A stretch of 64,000 nt of DNA from Methylococcales bacterium (GCA_050740335.1 JBOICY010000318.1:4037-68036); one strand, 5' to 3'; shown: positions 9,220 through 18,166, numbered from the stretch's first letter. Notes: a model not told the origin generated them from the sequence alone. Program-made: numbers and translations.

Positions 9220-9543
9220 TTATTCTTTCGGGCAGGCTTTTCCCTGCTTCCAGCGCTCATGATGGCGCTCGCGCAGTATGGCCATCTTTTTCATCTGCTC
9301 GTCGTTCAGGACTTTCTTCATGCGCGCGCGGCCTTCTTCCCGTAGTGCTTTGTGTTTGGCTCTTTGATCTTTGAATATAACTTCCATCTGAGTTTTCTGC
9401 TCGCCGGTCAGGTTGAGCTCCTGGGTCAGACGCTCTATTTTCATGCCCCGGTGCCAATCTCCCCCGCCCCCCTCTCCGGGTAGCGCTGCGGCAATCAGTG
9501 GAATACAAAGGATAAGCGCATAAATCAGAAATTGCTTTTTCAT
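9220..9543 (-). CDS. Spy/CpxP/ZraP-family periplasmic protein (LTxxQ motifs)
   Basis: ORF 9220-9564. The ATG at 9543 has the SD GAGGTG 7 nt upstream. The signal is MKKQFLIYALILCIPLIAAALPG. Two LTxxQ-type motifs are present (LNLTGEQKTQM, LNDEQMKKM) in a small, highly charged helical protein. Confidence 0.7.
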   Translation of the reverse strand: MKKQFLIYALILCIPLIAAALPGEGGGGDWHRGMKIERLTQELNLTGEQKTQMEVIFKDQRAKHKALREEGRARMKKVLNDEQMKKMAILRERHHERWKQGKACPKE

Positions 9544-9916
9544 AGTCTTCACCTCTTTGTTCACAAAAAAATCAATTTTCCGGAAGGTTTATGCCTTCCT
9601 TGGTAAACACCATAGACTCCAATTATGGAAACAATTGGGAGCAATCATGCAAACATTGTGGAAGTTGATGCGAAATCCCGAGACCGCGTAACTGTCGCGG
9701 TCGGCAAGAGTGGCTACCACCTCGCCGGTCTTCAAATCGCGCTGCCGACCCTCGAAGGCCGCCCGGCGCTGCCCTTTACCCACAAGTAGAAATCCACCAG
9801 AACCGAACTTGTAAGTGATTGTTTATATTCACTATGAGACCAGCATTCCGTTAACTACTTGGACCTGTAGGTCATTGATTGTTAAGGTCTGAAATATTTA
9901 TGGGTAAAGGGCAGCG

Positions 9917-10672
9917 CTAGCCCTGTTTATTCTCTTTTACAAAGGTCTCTAGCATTTCCATGGGCAGCGGAAACACTATGGTGTTCGACTTGTCGCTCGC
10001 GATTTCGGTCAGCGTCTGCAGATAGCGCAGCTGGATTGCCTGAGGCTGTTTTGAAAGCGTGCGGGCCGCTTCAAGCAATTTCTCCGAAGCCTGCATCTCC
10101 CCCTCGGCATGAATCACTTTCGCACGCCGCGTCCGCTCTGCCTCGGCCTGTTTCGCGATCGCGCGAATCATGCTTTCATCCAGATCGACGTGCTTGATTT
10201 CCACGTTCGCCACCTTGATACCCCAGGCGTCGGTCTGCTGGTCGAGGATAGCCTGGATGTCCGCGTTGAGTTTTTCGCGCTCCGCGAGCATCTCGTCGAG
10301 TTCGTGTTGACCGAGCACCGAGCGCAGTGTGGTCTGGGCAAGCTGGCTGGTCGCCTCCAGAAAATTTTCCACCTGAATGATCGCCTTTTCCGGATCGATC
10401 ACCCGGAAATACACCACCGCATTGACTTTCACCGAGACGTTGTCCCTCGAAATCACGTCCTGGGTCGGCACGTCCATGACGACCGTGCGCAGGTCCACTT
10501 TTTCCATCTGCTGGACGAACGGAATCACGATGATGAAGCCCGGACCTTTGACCTCGTAAAACCGGCCGAGTAGAAAAATCACGCCGCGCTCGTACTCGCG
10601 CAAAATTCGGATCGCGCTGAGGAACAGGATGACCACCAGGATCACGAAGGTGTAGAGAAAATAAGCAACCAT
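9917..10672 (-). CDS. SPFH/band-7 (stomatin-like, QmcA/slipin type) membrane protein
   Basis: 251 aa with an N-terminal TM and then ..[81 protein letters not shown]... Its start abuts the stop of the upstream NfeD gene. Confidence 0.95.
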   Translation of the reverse strand: MVAYFLYTFVILVVILFLSAIRILREYERGVIFLLGRFYEVKGPGFIIVIPFVQQMEKVDLRTVVMDVPTQDVISRDNVSVKVNAVVYFRVIDPEKAIIQVENFLEATSQLAQTTLRSVLGQHELDEMLAEREKLNADIQAILDQQTDAWGIKVANVEIKHVDLDESMIRAIAKQAEAERTRRAKVIHAEGEMQASEKLLEAARTLSKQPQAIQLRYLQTLTEIASDKSNTIVFPLPMEMLETFVKENKQG

Positions 10673-12075
10673 TAATGTTTCTCCGCGTTCTCGTCGCGCG
10701 TTACCGATAAAACCAGACCGTCCATTCCCGTTACCCGGACCCCCTCCCCTTTCTTCAGCGGAATATCGGTCCGCGCGCTCCAGTTTTCACTGTGGATACG
10801 GATCGTTCCGACGTTTTGGAAATCGTTCAACGCGGTGCCGAAACCCCCGATCATGGCCTCGCGGCCGCTCACTACCCGCTTGCGTCCGGAACGGATCAGC
10901 ATGCCCAGCGAGATGATGAAAAACAACGCTCCGCACAGCGCGAATGCTCCGATTATGGCCGGATTGATGCCGTAGCCTTCGCCATCGCTCTCCATGAGAA
11001 TGATGGAACCGATTACAAAGGCGACCACCCCGCCGATCCCGAGCACGCCGACGCTGGGTACGAACGCTTCGGCGACCATCAGCGCGATGCCCAGCAGGAT
11101 TAGAGCCAAACCCGCGTAGTTTATGGACAGCACCTGAAACGCGAACAAGGCCAGCAACAGACAAATGGCTCCAACGGTTCCGGGAACGACCGCGCCGGGA
11201 CTGGAAAATTCGAAAATCAATCCGTAAATGCCGATCAGGAACAGAATATAGGCGACATTGGGGTCGGTGATCGCGGCCAACAGTTCATTGCGCCAATCCG
11301 GTTCGATACGCTGCAACTCCATGCCCGTCGTATCCAAAGTGATTTCATTCCCCGATACGGCGACCTTGCGGTTGTTCAACTGCCGCAGCAGTTCCCCGCT
11401 ATCCGCGGCCACGAGATCAATCACGTTGAGTTCCCTGGCTTCCTCCGCGGGAAGGCTGGCCGCGTCCCGCACCGCCTTTTCGGCCCACTCCTGATTTCTG
11501 CCGCGGATCTTGGCGAGCCCGCGGATATAAGCGACCGCGTCATTGACGATCTTATGGGTCATGGCATCCCCCGAAACGTCTTCCTTGCCGGCATCCGAAT
11601 CGTCCTGTTGCTTGCCCTTCTCGGGTTTCTTTTCCTGATAGAAATCCGCGCTTCCACCGATCTGAACCGGTGTAGCCGCACCGAGGTTGGTCCCCGGCGC
11701 CATGGCGGCGATATGGCTCGCATAAAGAATGTAGGTTCCCGCGCTGGCCGCTCTGGCTCCGCCCGGGGAAACGTACCCGACCACCGGCACCCTGGATGCA
11801 AGAATTTTCTTGATGAGTTCGCGCATCGCGTTGTCGAGCCCGCCCGGAGTATCCAACCGAAGGATGATCAGATCGGCATTGCGCTCCACCGCCTGGTCGA
11901 TGGCCCGCGCCACATAGTCGGTGGTCGCGGGACCGATCGCACCGTCGATATCGATTTGGACCGCGAGACCCGGTGCTTGGCGGCCTGAATCGGCCTTTTC
12001 CTCACCGCGCACCGGATTCGATGCCATCAATACGACAAGCAGCACGCACCAAAACCGAAAAGACTGGATAACCAT
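10672..12075 (-). CDS. NfeD-family membrane-bound ClpP-class serine protease
   Basis: 467 aa with a signal peptide and a ClpP-like domain (..[51 protein letters not shown]..). Several TM helices and a C-terminal OB-like NfeD domain follow. This is the canonical NfeD-stomatin operon arrangement. Confidence 0.9.
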   Translation of the reverse strand: MVIQSFRFWCVLLVVLMASNPVRGEEKADSGRQAPGLAVQIDIDGAIGPATTDYVARAIDQAVERNADLIILRLDTPGGLDNAMRELIKKILASRVPVVGYVSPGGARAASAGTYILYASHIAAMAPGTNLGAATPVQIGGSADFYQEKKPEKGKQQDDSDAGKEDVSGDAMTHKIVNDAVAYIRGLAKIRGRNQEWAEKAVRDAASLPAEEARELNVIDLVAADSGELLRQLNNRKVAVSGNEITLDTTGMELQRIEPDWRNELLAAITDPNVAYILFLIGIYGLIFEFSSPGAVVPGTVGAICLLLALFAFQVLSINYAGLALILLGIALMVAEAFVPSVGVLGIGGVVAFVIGSIILMESDGEGYGINPAIIGAFALCGALFFIISLGMLIRSGRKRVVSGREAMIGGFGTALNDFQNVGTIRIHSENWSARTDIPLKKGEGVRVTGMDGLVLSVTRDENAEKH

Positions 12076-12567
12076 TGATCCCTCGCCTACAGCTGACGAT
12101 AGACTACGCTTTCAAGTTCCACAGGGCAACAATTTGGCGTCCATCGTTTCACAGAATAGCGGAGCGGCACCATGATAGAGCCGTCCATCTCGGCCCCACG
12201 GGTTGTTCTTTATTTCGCCTGAACTCCATAACCGGCGCGGTACTCAGTCCATACGCGAGCGACGGTCGCGAAAGCAGTTGCGGCGCTCGCGATGAAACGG
12301 AGAATCGGACTATTATCAATAGGAAGGAAGGCCAGATGTTAGCGCGGACTTGACCTGGGTCAACGCGGCTTGGAGAATGATAATATGACAATTACATTCA
12401 AAAGAAAGAACAGCCGGTTTTCCGATTTTGCAAAAGGCGTCATTTGGCGTGTTTTGCGGGTAGAAGGAAGGAGGATTCCGGAAGCTTCCACAACCATGAG
12501 CAATGGGAGTGGAATCCGATACACCAACCTTCATTGACATTGTCCTCGACGTTAAGGAGTACAGCCT

Positions 12568-12996
12568 ATGTCGAAACTATGGGTAGTTGTGGCCGAAAGC
12601 AGCCGCGCTCGAATTTTTTCCGTGGTCAACAGGATCAGTCCGCTGAACGAAATTGATGATATGGTAAACCCAGCGGCGAGGAGTCATGACCGCGATTTGA
12701 CTTCCGATTCAACGGGACGCACCTTCGACAGTGCCGGACTCGGCCGGCATTCGATCGAACCTTCGGTCGACCCGAAGAAAAACGAAGTCATCGTTTTCGC
12801 AAAGAAAGTCAGTGAGCGGTTGGGTTCGGCACGCAAAGCGGGTCGATTCGACGAGTTGATCCTGATTTGTTCGCCGGAGTTCCTGGGCTTGCTGCGCCAG
12901 AACCTCGACGACGTATTAAAAAAGCACGTCACGCGAACCATCAACAAAAACCTGGTCCAGAAAGACGAAGCTCAGATTCGCGAATATTTGTTCTGA
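12568..12996 (+). CDS. Host-attachment-protein family (baeRF12-type) protein
   Basis: 142 aa. MSKLWVVVAESSRARIFS... and ..LILICSPEFLGLLRQNL..K.V...I.KNL match the family pattern as I recall it. Confidence 0.7.
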   Translation: MSKLWVVVAESSRARIFSVVNRISPLNEIDDMVNPAARSHDRDLTSDSTGRTFDSAGLGRHSIEPSVDPKKNEVIVFAKKVSERLGSARKAGRFDELILICSPEFLGLLRQNLDDVLKKHVTRTINKNLVQKDEAQIREYLF

Positions 12997-13020
12997 GCCA
13001 AGCGTCAATTGTCCATTGCG

Positions 13021-13053
13021 GCGAGGCCGGCGAGATTCTGCTCCCGGCCTCGC
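13021..13053 (+). terminator. 10-bp stem hairpin downstream of the host-attachment gene (no U-tract)
   Basis: GCGAGGCCGG (13021-13030) pairs with CCGGCCTCGC (13044-13053) around a 13-nt loop. It starts 25 nt after the stop. No T-run follows, so terminator function is uncertain. Confidence 0.3.
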
Positions 13054-13138
13054 GCATGCAGTCCCGCGTTGAAGGATGCAGTCCGTGAAGGGGTTCCCCC
13101 AATCACTTACCCGACCAGGCATCCCAGTAGGGTTTGGG

Positions 13139-13444
13139 TCACAGCCGCTGGCTCAGGAAATCGAGTAAGGTGCGCACCTTCGCGAATAGCAATTTGCGGT
13201 GCGGGTACACTGCGTGGATGTTCATCGCGGCAAGCGGATAGTCTTTCAGCACCTGGAGCAGCTTGCCATTTTTGATCTCCTCGCCGACCATATTGGAAAA
13301 TAGTACCGCGAGTCCCATCCCTTTGATCGCCGCCGAGCGGACCGCGCCCGCGAACCTGGAAGGCAGCGAGCCATTTACCCGAATCGATTTTTTAGCCTTG
13401 CCATCCGGGAACTTCCAGACATCTCTCGGGGGCAGGCTGGTGTG
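13139..13444 (-). pseudogene. LysR-family regulator, C-terminal ~100 codons only (5'-truncated remnant)
   Basis: My translation reads HTSLPPRDVWKFPDGKAKKSIRVNGSLPSRFAGAVRSAAIKGMGLAVLFSNMVGEEIKNGKLLQVLKDYPLAAMNIHAVYPHRKLLFAKVRTLLDFLSQRL*. This is a typical LysR substrate-binding-domain C-terminus. The reading frame is closed upstream by TAA at 13445-13447, and the HTH and roughly 200 N-terminal aa are absent. Confidence 0.75.
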
Positions 13445-13641
13445 TTAGCAACAAATAGACTTGTTTTATGTCTAGCGAAACGCTTTTGTGAGCATATAAT
13501 ACCGGGTGACAATCCAATCGAATTCGCTTGCAAGCCAGAATACGGTAATTTTAGTCTGCGCATCCGGTCAAACGCCGGGTAAGGCGGTTCAACCGATTCC
13601 TCACTTTCTTCGTACTTGTTTAAGGGAGTACTGAACGGGTC

Positions 13642-13926
13642 ATGATACGAGTTTACGACGCAAGCGATATTATCGAGGCGAATATCGTGAAAGGGCTTTT
13701 GGAACAATGCGGTATCGCGGTCTATATCAGCGGATTCTACCTGCAGGGCGGTATCGGGGAGATTCCAGTGAGCGGAACTACCGGTATTTGGGTTGCCGAC
13801 GATCAGATCGCGGCCGCCAGAGAACTGGTCGAGCAGTACGAAAACCCCCGCGGGTTGGAACCTTCGGGAGCGCCGGAGCAAGCCGGCGAGACCAGGGGCC
13901 GCGAAGACCCACAAAACATTATGTGA
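13642..13926 (+). CDS. DUF2007-family small protein (putative signal-transducing, GlnB-like fold)
   Basis: 94 aa. MIRVYDASDIIEANIVKGLLEQCGIAVYISGFYLQGGIGEIPVSGTTGIWVADDQIAAARELVEQYE matches the DUF2007 pattern (..A.....A..L...L...GI.....G.....) as I recall it. It ends 69 nt upstream of the NACHT gene. Confidence 0.7.
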   Translation: MIRVYDASDIIEANIVKGLLEQCGIAVYISGFYLQGGIGEIPVSGTTGIWVADDQIAAARELVEQYENPRGLEPSGAPEQAGETRGREDPQNIM

Positions 13927-13995
13927 TTATCCCCGGTTATTGTTCGATTTTGAACCAGTCTGGTAGCAAACTACCCGGTTTCAGTCCGGCATCCC

Positions 13996-16995
13996 ATGCT
14001 CATTGCTAAAGACCAGCCATTCTGGACGGACCTGAGCCACTACGGCGCGGTCCACAGAGTACCTGCCGCGCCAACGCAACACCATTCGACTCAGCGCTGT
14101 CTTCTGGTTTTTGTGCACGGATTGTTCGGCGACTGCCGCAAAACCTGGGGCCGAATGCCGCAATGGGTATTGGAAAACGCAGGTTTCGAACTGCCGGTGA
14201 TTTCTTTCGCCTACCCCTCGCGATCCTGGCACCGCTGCAGTATCGCTCAGGCCGCGGACGACCTCAGAGCCTGGCTGGAAACCGAATTTCGCGATTATCC
14301 GCACGTCCTGTTCGTCACCCACAGTACCGGCGGGCTGATCGTGAAAACTCTGCTGAACTCGGCCGCCGAGCAACTGTTCCAGGAACCATCCGAACCGGAT
14401 GAATCGACCCTAGAGGATTCGCTGTGGTCCCGAACGCGCCGGGTTCTGAACATCGCGGTGCCGCATTTCGGGGGTTCGCCGCTGCTCAGCAAAGGCGGTA
14501 AATGGATCTACCTGATTTATTATTTTTTTCTCGCGCCTTTTTTCGCGAGCGTCCGATTCATCAGTCAGGGAACCCTGGACTGGGGTAAGAATCAGATCAT
14601 TCCGACCCTGGCATGGCGCAATCCCTGGCTGCTCAAACTCGAAAAGGACTTCCATGGCTGGCTTAAAAAGTCGCGCGAATCCAATCGAGTCGCGCCCGTG
14701 GTGCAGGACATCGGGGCGAAGTCGGACCTCTCCGTCCCTTTCAGCATCGACGAGGGAGCCCGGCGGATCTATATCCGGGGCACGCACAAATCGATCAAAA
14801 TTCCGCGACGGGTGAAGGCACCGATCGTAACGATCACCGCGGAACTGGTTCGACAATACGCTCGCAATCCGGTGATCGATCTGGTGCATTTAACCTTGAC
14901 GCGCATCGGCCTGGTCAACCGAACCCTCGGAACCCAACACCTGATTGGCCCGGCGGACGGGGACAGCGAGTGGGAGCGGATCCGCCCGGCCATCGAGCAT
15001 TCCATAGCCGGTACGCAGCAAGCCGTGGCCGAGCGGATCATCGCCGAAGTTCGGCGCGGCGGCGCACAGCCGCGCAAATTGTTGGTGACCGGCGCGGCAG
15101 GGGTCGGCAAAACCTCGGTATTGCGTCATATCGCCTGGAAACTCGGCGTCAATTACCTGGCGGCCCCCGGCCAGGCAAACCCGCTGCCGCTGTTGATTCC
15201 GATGCAGCAGATGACGGTTTCGGAGCCTAACGAATCCAACTATACCTGGGATAGGCTGTGGCAATGGTGGATCAACTGGGGCGTATCCCTGGCCCCGGAG
15301 ATGAATTGGAGCCGGGATTGGTTGGAACAGCAGTTTCATGGGAGCCCGGTTGCCGTGATTTTGGACGGGCTTGACGATTTTCTGCAAATCCATAAATCAA
15401 TCGGATTTTCCTCGATCGTCAAATTGCTGCGCGATACGGAAGCCCGCTATGCCGACAATCCGAATCTGTCGATTGTGATCGGCATCCGCAACACCCTGCA
15501 GGGTATCGAGCGATTGGTTAACAATCCGCGCGATATCCATGAAATTCTGCGCCTTTCCGTGCAACAGGCCAAACAGGTCTATCCCTCGTGCCAGGCCTGG
15601 ATCGGAACGATCCGCGACCGGGAGCTGATGGACTTCATCCTGACCCCCTTGATACTCGCCAACTACGAACCCGACCCGAGCTGTCAGATCACCGCGGGGC
15701 CGGAAAGTCAAAGCGCTTTGCTCTGCCAAACTGTCCGCACGGTACTATTGCGGGCCGGACTGGTCGGAGGCCGGATCGATCAACAAGAGGTCGAAATCGA
15801 ACATCTCGGAAGCGCGATGATTGCGATTGCCTGGTTGTTTTTTTATAAGTCCCGCGGCGAGATCAATATAGAAATCCTGCAGCGCGAAGCGCTCGAATTC
15901 CAGCGGCGTTGGAAGGATTATTTCGCCGGGCAGGAACGGCGCAACGAAACCTTCTATCTGGAAACCATTGCCGCCGAGAAGGAAGATATCCTGTTCGGAT
16001 TTTCGCTGGCCGGCAATCCGTTAATCTGCGAAGATCTTTTGCAACGCTCCCTGTTTGTTCCGACCGGACCCGGCAGGGTGCGCTTCCGGCACCGGCATTG
16101 GCAGGAATTCCTGCTCGGGCAGTACCTGTCATTGTGCATCCGGATGCTCAATTTCGACGAACTCGGAATCGCCGCGTTCCATTCACGAATTTACCGGATG
16201 GCCGGCGACTCCTTTGGTGATCGGGTGATTTCCGAAAATTGTATCCGCGCCCTGTTTCAGAGTTGGAGCAAAAGCCGCAATCCCTTCGTGACCGGAAATG
16301 TGATCGCATTCCTGACCTGGAACCAGACCACGATCGAACCGGTCGCGGTACGCCTGTTGCTTAGCAAGCTGAGCGAGTTTGAACTCCTGTCGCGACTGGT
16401 ATTGCTGGGCGGCCTTGCATATCGGGTATTGCTCAATCGTGACAGCGATGTCTCGCTGCCCGATATTCGACGTGCTTTGCTGCCGCGTCTCAGGGAATTT
16501 GCGAATCCCCTGACCTCGCCGGTGGACGATCCCGCCGCCTCGAGTCTGAGCTGGATGTATCAGAAAGCCTTCTCCGAATTGTTCGATCTGGAAGCCCCGG
16601 AATTCGAATGGCCGGGGCTCGACTTCAATGACCAGGAAACACTTAAGGCGCTCCCGATGGTTTGTAGCGTCGAAAACGGCGATTATGTCCTCGACGAACG
16701 CTCCAAATCGCTGCAAGTGGCCTTCCTGGTACCCATCATGGAAGCCTTCAACGATCCCCGGCTTGCGATCCGCGCGGTGCATTATCTGTATTATCTGATC
16801 GTCGCGCGCAAGCACGGCGTGCATTATGTTGGTCTTACGCGCGAACTGCCGGCATTGCTTGGCGAGGATTGCAAATTCCAGAAGATCATCGAATCCTTTC
16901 ACTGGACCCCGGAACTGTTAACTTTTTACCAGCGTTGCCGCCGCTACCATGCGCACCTCGATTCAAAAAATTTCGAGTATGCGCAGGGATTTTGA
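13996..16995 (+). CDS. Alpha/beta-hydrolase (lipase-like) N-terminal domain fused to NACHT/STAND P-loop NTPase; NLR-like protein
   Basis: 999-aa ORF. The hydrolase part has LLVFVHGLFGD and the nucleophile elbow VTHSTGGL (Ser110, codon 14323-14325). The NACHT part has Walker A GAAGVGKT (15091-15114), Walker B VAVILDGLDDF (15355-15381), IVIGIRN, and the winged-helix signature FRHRHWQEFLLGQYL. The C-terminal ~280 aa show no recognisable repeat periodicity. Confidence 0.85.
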   Translation: MLIAKDQPFWTDLSHYGAVHRVPAAPTQHHSTQRCLLVFVHGLFGDCRKTWGRMPQWVLENAGFELPVISFAYPSRSWHRCSIAQAADDLRAWLETEFRDYPHVLFVTHSTGGLIVKTLLNSAAEQLFQEPSEPDESTLEDSLWSRTRRVLNIAVPHFGGSPLLSKGGKWIYLIYYFFLAPFFASVRFISQGTLDWGKNQIIPTLAWRNPWLLKLEKDFHGWLKKSRESNRVAPVVQDIGAKSDLSVPFSIDEGARRIYIRGTHKSIKIPRRVKAPIVTITAELVRQYARNPVIDLVHLTLTRIGLVNRTLGTQHLIGPADGDSEWERIRPAIEHSIAGTQQAVAERIIAEVRRGGAQPRKLLVTGAAGVGKTSVLRHIAWKLGVNYLAAPGQANPLPLLIPMQQMTVSEPNESNYTWDRLWQWWINWGVSLAPEMNWSRDWLEQQFHGSPVAVILDGLDDFLQIHKSIGFSSIVKLLRDTEARYADNPNLSIVIGIRNTLQGIERLVNNPRDIHEILRLSVQQAKQVYPSCQAWIGTIRDRELMDFILTPLILANYEPDPSCQITAGPESQSALLCQTVRTVLLRAGLVGGRIDQQEVEIEHLGSAMIAIAWLFFYKSRGEINIEILQREALEFQRRWKDYFAGQERRNETFYLETIAAEKEDILFGFSLAGNPLICEDLLQRSLFVPTGPGRVRFRHRHWQEFLLGQYLSLCIRMLNFDELGIAAFHSRIYRMAGDSFGDRVISENCIRALFQSWSKSRNPFVTGNVIAFLTWNQTTIEPVAVRLLLSKLSEFELLSRLVLLGGLAYRVLLNRDSDVSLPDIRRALLPRLREFANPLTSPVDDPAASSLSWMYQKAFSELFDLEAPEFEWPGLDFNDQETLKALPMVCSVENGDYVLDERSKSLQVAFLVPIMEAFNDPRLAIRAVHYLYYLIVARKHGVHYVGLTRELPALLGEDCKFQKIIESFHWTPELLTFYQRCRRYHAHLDSKNFEYAQGF

Positions 16996-17005
16996 TTGGA
17001 CACGA

Positions 17006-17128
17006 GTGACACCCTTTCATCTCGCCGTGCCGGTACGGGGCATCGACGAAGCCCGGCGATTTTACGGCGGCGTCCTGGGATTGAGCGAAGCACGCAGTGC
17101 TGAAAATTGGGTCGACTTCAACATTTAG
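17006..17128 (+). pseudogene. VOC/glyoxalase-family gene, N-terminal 40 codons only (3'-truncated remnant)
   Basis: GTG at 17006, then VTPFHLAVPVRGIDEARRFYGGVLGLSEARSAENWVDFNI followed by TAG at 17126-17128. PFHLA.PV.d..ea..FY..vLG is the typical start of a ~120-130-aa VOC family. It begins 10 nt after the NACHT stop. Confidence 0.6.
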
Positions 17129-17338
17129 CGGGCCCAGGCGCTGCGCGCGGACAATAGGATTTGAAACCGCGCAATGGCGGAACCATGGGCGGCTTCCGCC
17201 GGATCGGAAACGAGCCACGACTTCAGATGTTTCCGCAGGGATTGGCGTGATGTTTCTGGATGGGAATGTTCGAATGTTGGACCAGACACTGGACTTTGTT
17301 GCAGTAACACAGGGTTTATGTTAAATAATCGGTAACTA

Positions 17339-17472
17339 TTCACCACAGAGACACAGAGATTGTTCAAATGTTTCGCTTTACAACTCATAGCAGTCCTTAC
17401 CGATTAGTTCCGAATGGAACGACTCTTCGTAATCTTCTCGCTGTCTGTGTTCTCTGTGCACTCTGTGGTGAA
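17339..17472. mobile_element. 134-bp inverted-repeat element flanked by TA (MITE-like)
   Basis: TTCACCACAGAG (17339-17350) and CTCTGTGGTGAA (17461-17472) are perfect 12-bp inverted repeats. Internal CACAGAG/CTCTGTG sub-repeats occur next to both ends. TA lies immediately outside both ends (17337-17338, 17473-17474). Confidence 0.5.
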
Positions 17473-17570
17473 TAAATGGATGATTTGAATCCAGCTGAAT
17501 AGTTACAATAATCGCAATGTTTAAATATTTTGAGTTTCTCCAGGTTTTTATTTGAATGGTGTATTAACCC

Positions 17571-18137
17571 TTGAGCAGTCCAGCCGTTAGTGCCAGACAT
17601 AAGCTTTCCGTCTACGATTATTATCGGATGGGCGAGGCTGGCATTATACATGAGGATGACCGAATTGAATTGATCGAAGGAGATTTGATTGATATGGCGC
17701 CGATAGGGAGCAGGCATGCAAGTACAGTGGCTCGTCTTGAGCGGTCGTTGATAAGAGCCGTGAACGACCAGGCTGTGATATTTGGTCAAAACCCTATGCG
17801 CCTTTCAGATCAGTCTGAACCACAACCGGATGTGATGATACTTAAGCCCCATCCGGATGATTATTTCGACGCTTTGCCGGAACCAGCCGATGTGTTGGTT
17901 CTGATTGAAGTGGCCGATAATTCAATTGACTATGACCGCGAAATCAAGCTGCCTCTGTATGCCCGGCATGGTATTGTGGAAGTCTGGCTGATCGATTTGA
18001 ACAATCGGATACTGGAACGCTATACCGAACCCAATGATGAAGGTTATAGCCAACACGAAACCCTGGATAGTCGAAACATTATTAATCCGGCGTTATTGCC
18101 AGAGGCGATAATTGATCTAAAGCAATTATTCAGATGA
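17571..18137 (+). CDS. Uma2-family (DUF820) PD-(D/E)xK endonuclease
   Basis: 188 aa with a TTG start; the next in-frame ATG is at 17628. ..YYRMGEAGIIHEDDRIELIEGDLIDMAPIGSRHASTV..PDVMIL..ADVLVLIEVADNSIDYDREIKLPLYARHGIVEVWLIDL.. matches the Uma2 pattern (ELI.G......P.G..H; D....EV.S.S....D...K...Y...GI.EYW..D). Confidence 0.85.
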   Translation: MSSPAVSARHKLSVYDYYRMGEAGIIHEDDRIELIEGDLIDMAPIGSRHASTVARLERSLIRAVNDQAVIFGQNPMRLSDQSEPQPDVMILKPHPDDYFDALPEPADVLVLIEVADNSIDYDREIKLPLYARHGIVEVWLIDLNNRILERYTEPNDEGYSQHETLDSRNIINPALLPEAIIDLKQLFR

Positions 18138-18166
18138 TGGGACACTGATTTTAATTATTTGGATAG

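Noticed and set aside
9589-9783. 64-aa minus-strand ORF (..GKGQRRAAFEGRQRDLKTGEVVATLADRDSY..) in the 350-bp gap between the CpxP-like and SPFH genes, possibly a gene fragment
   Set aside because: I cannot assign it to any family and it has no SD or plausible start context. It may be a remnant, but the evidence is insufficient to report it as a feature.
12076-12567. 492-bp intergenic region with several 70-90-aa ORFs and a TTGACC...TAATAT promoter-like pair
   Set aside because: The ORFs have no motifs. The hexamer spacing is about 25 nt, which is too long for a sigma70 promoter. Nothing here can be supported.
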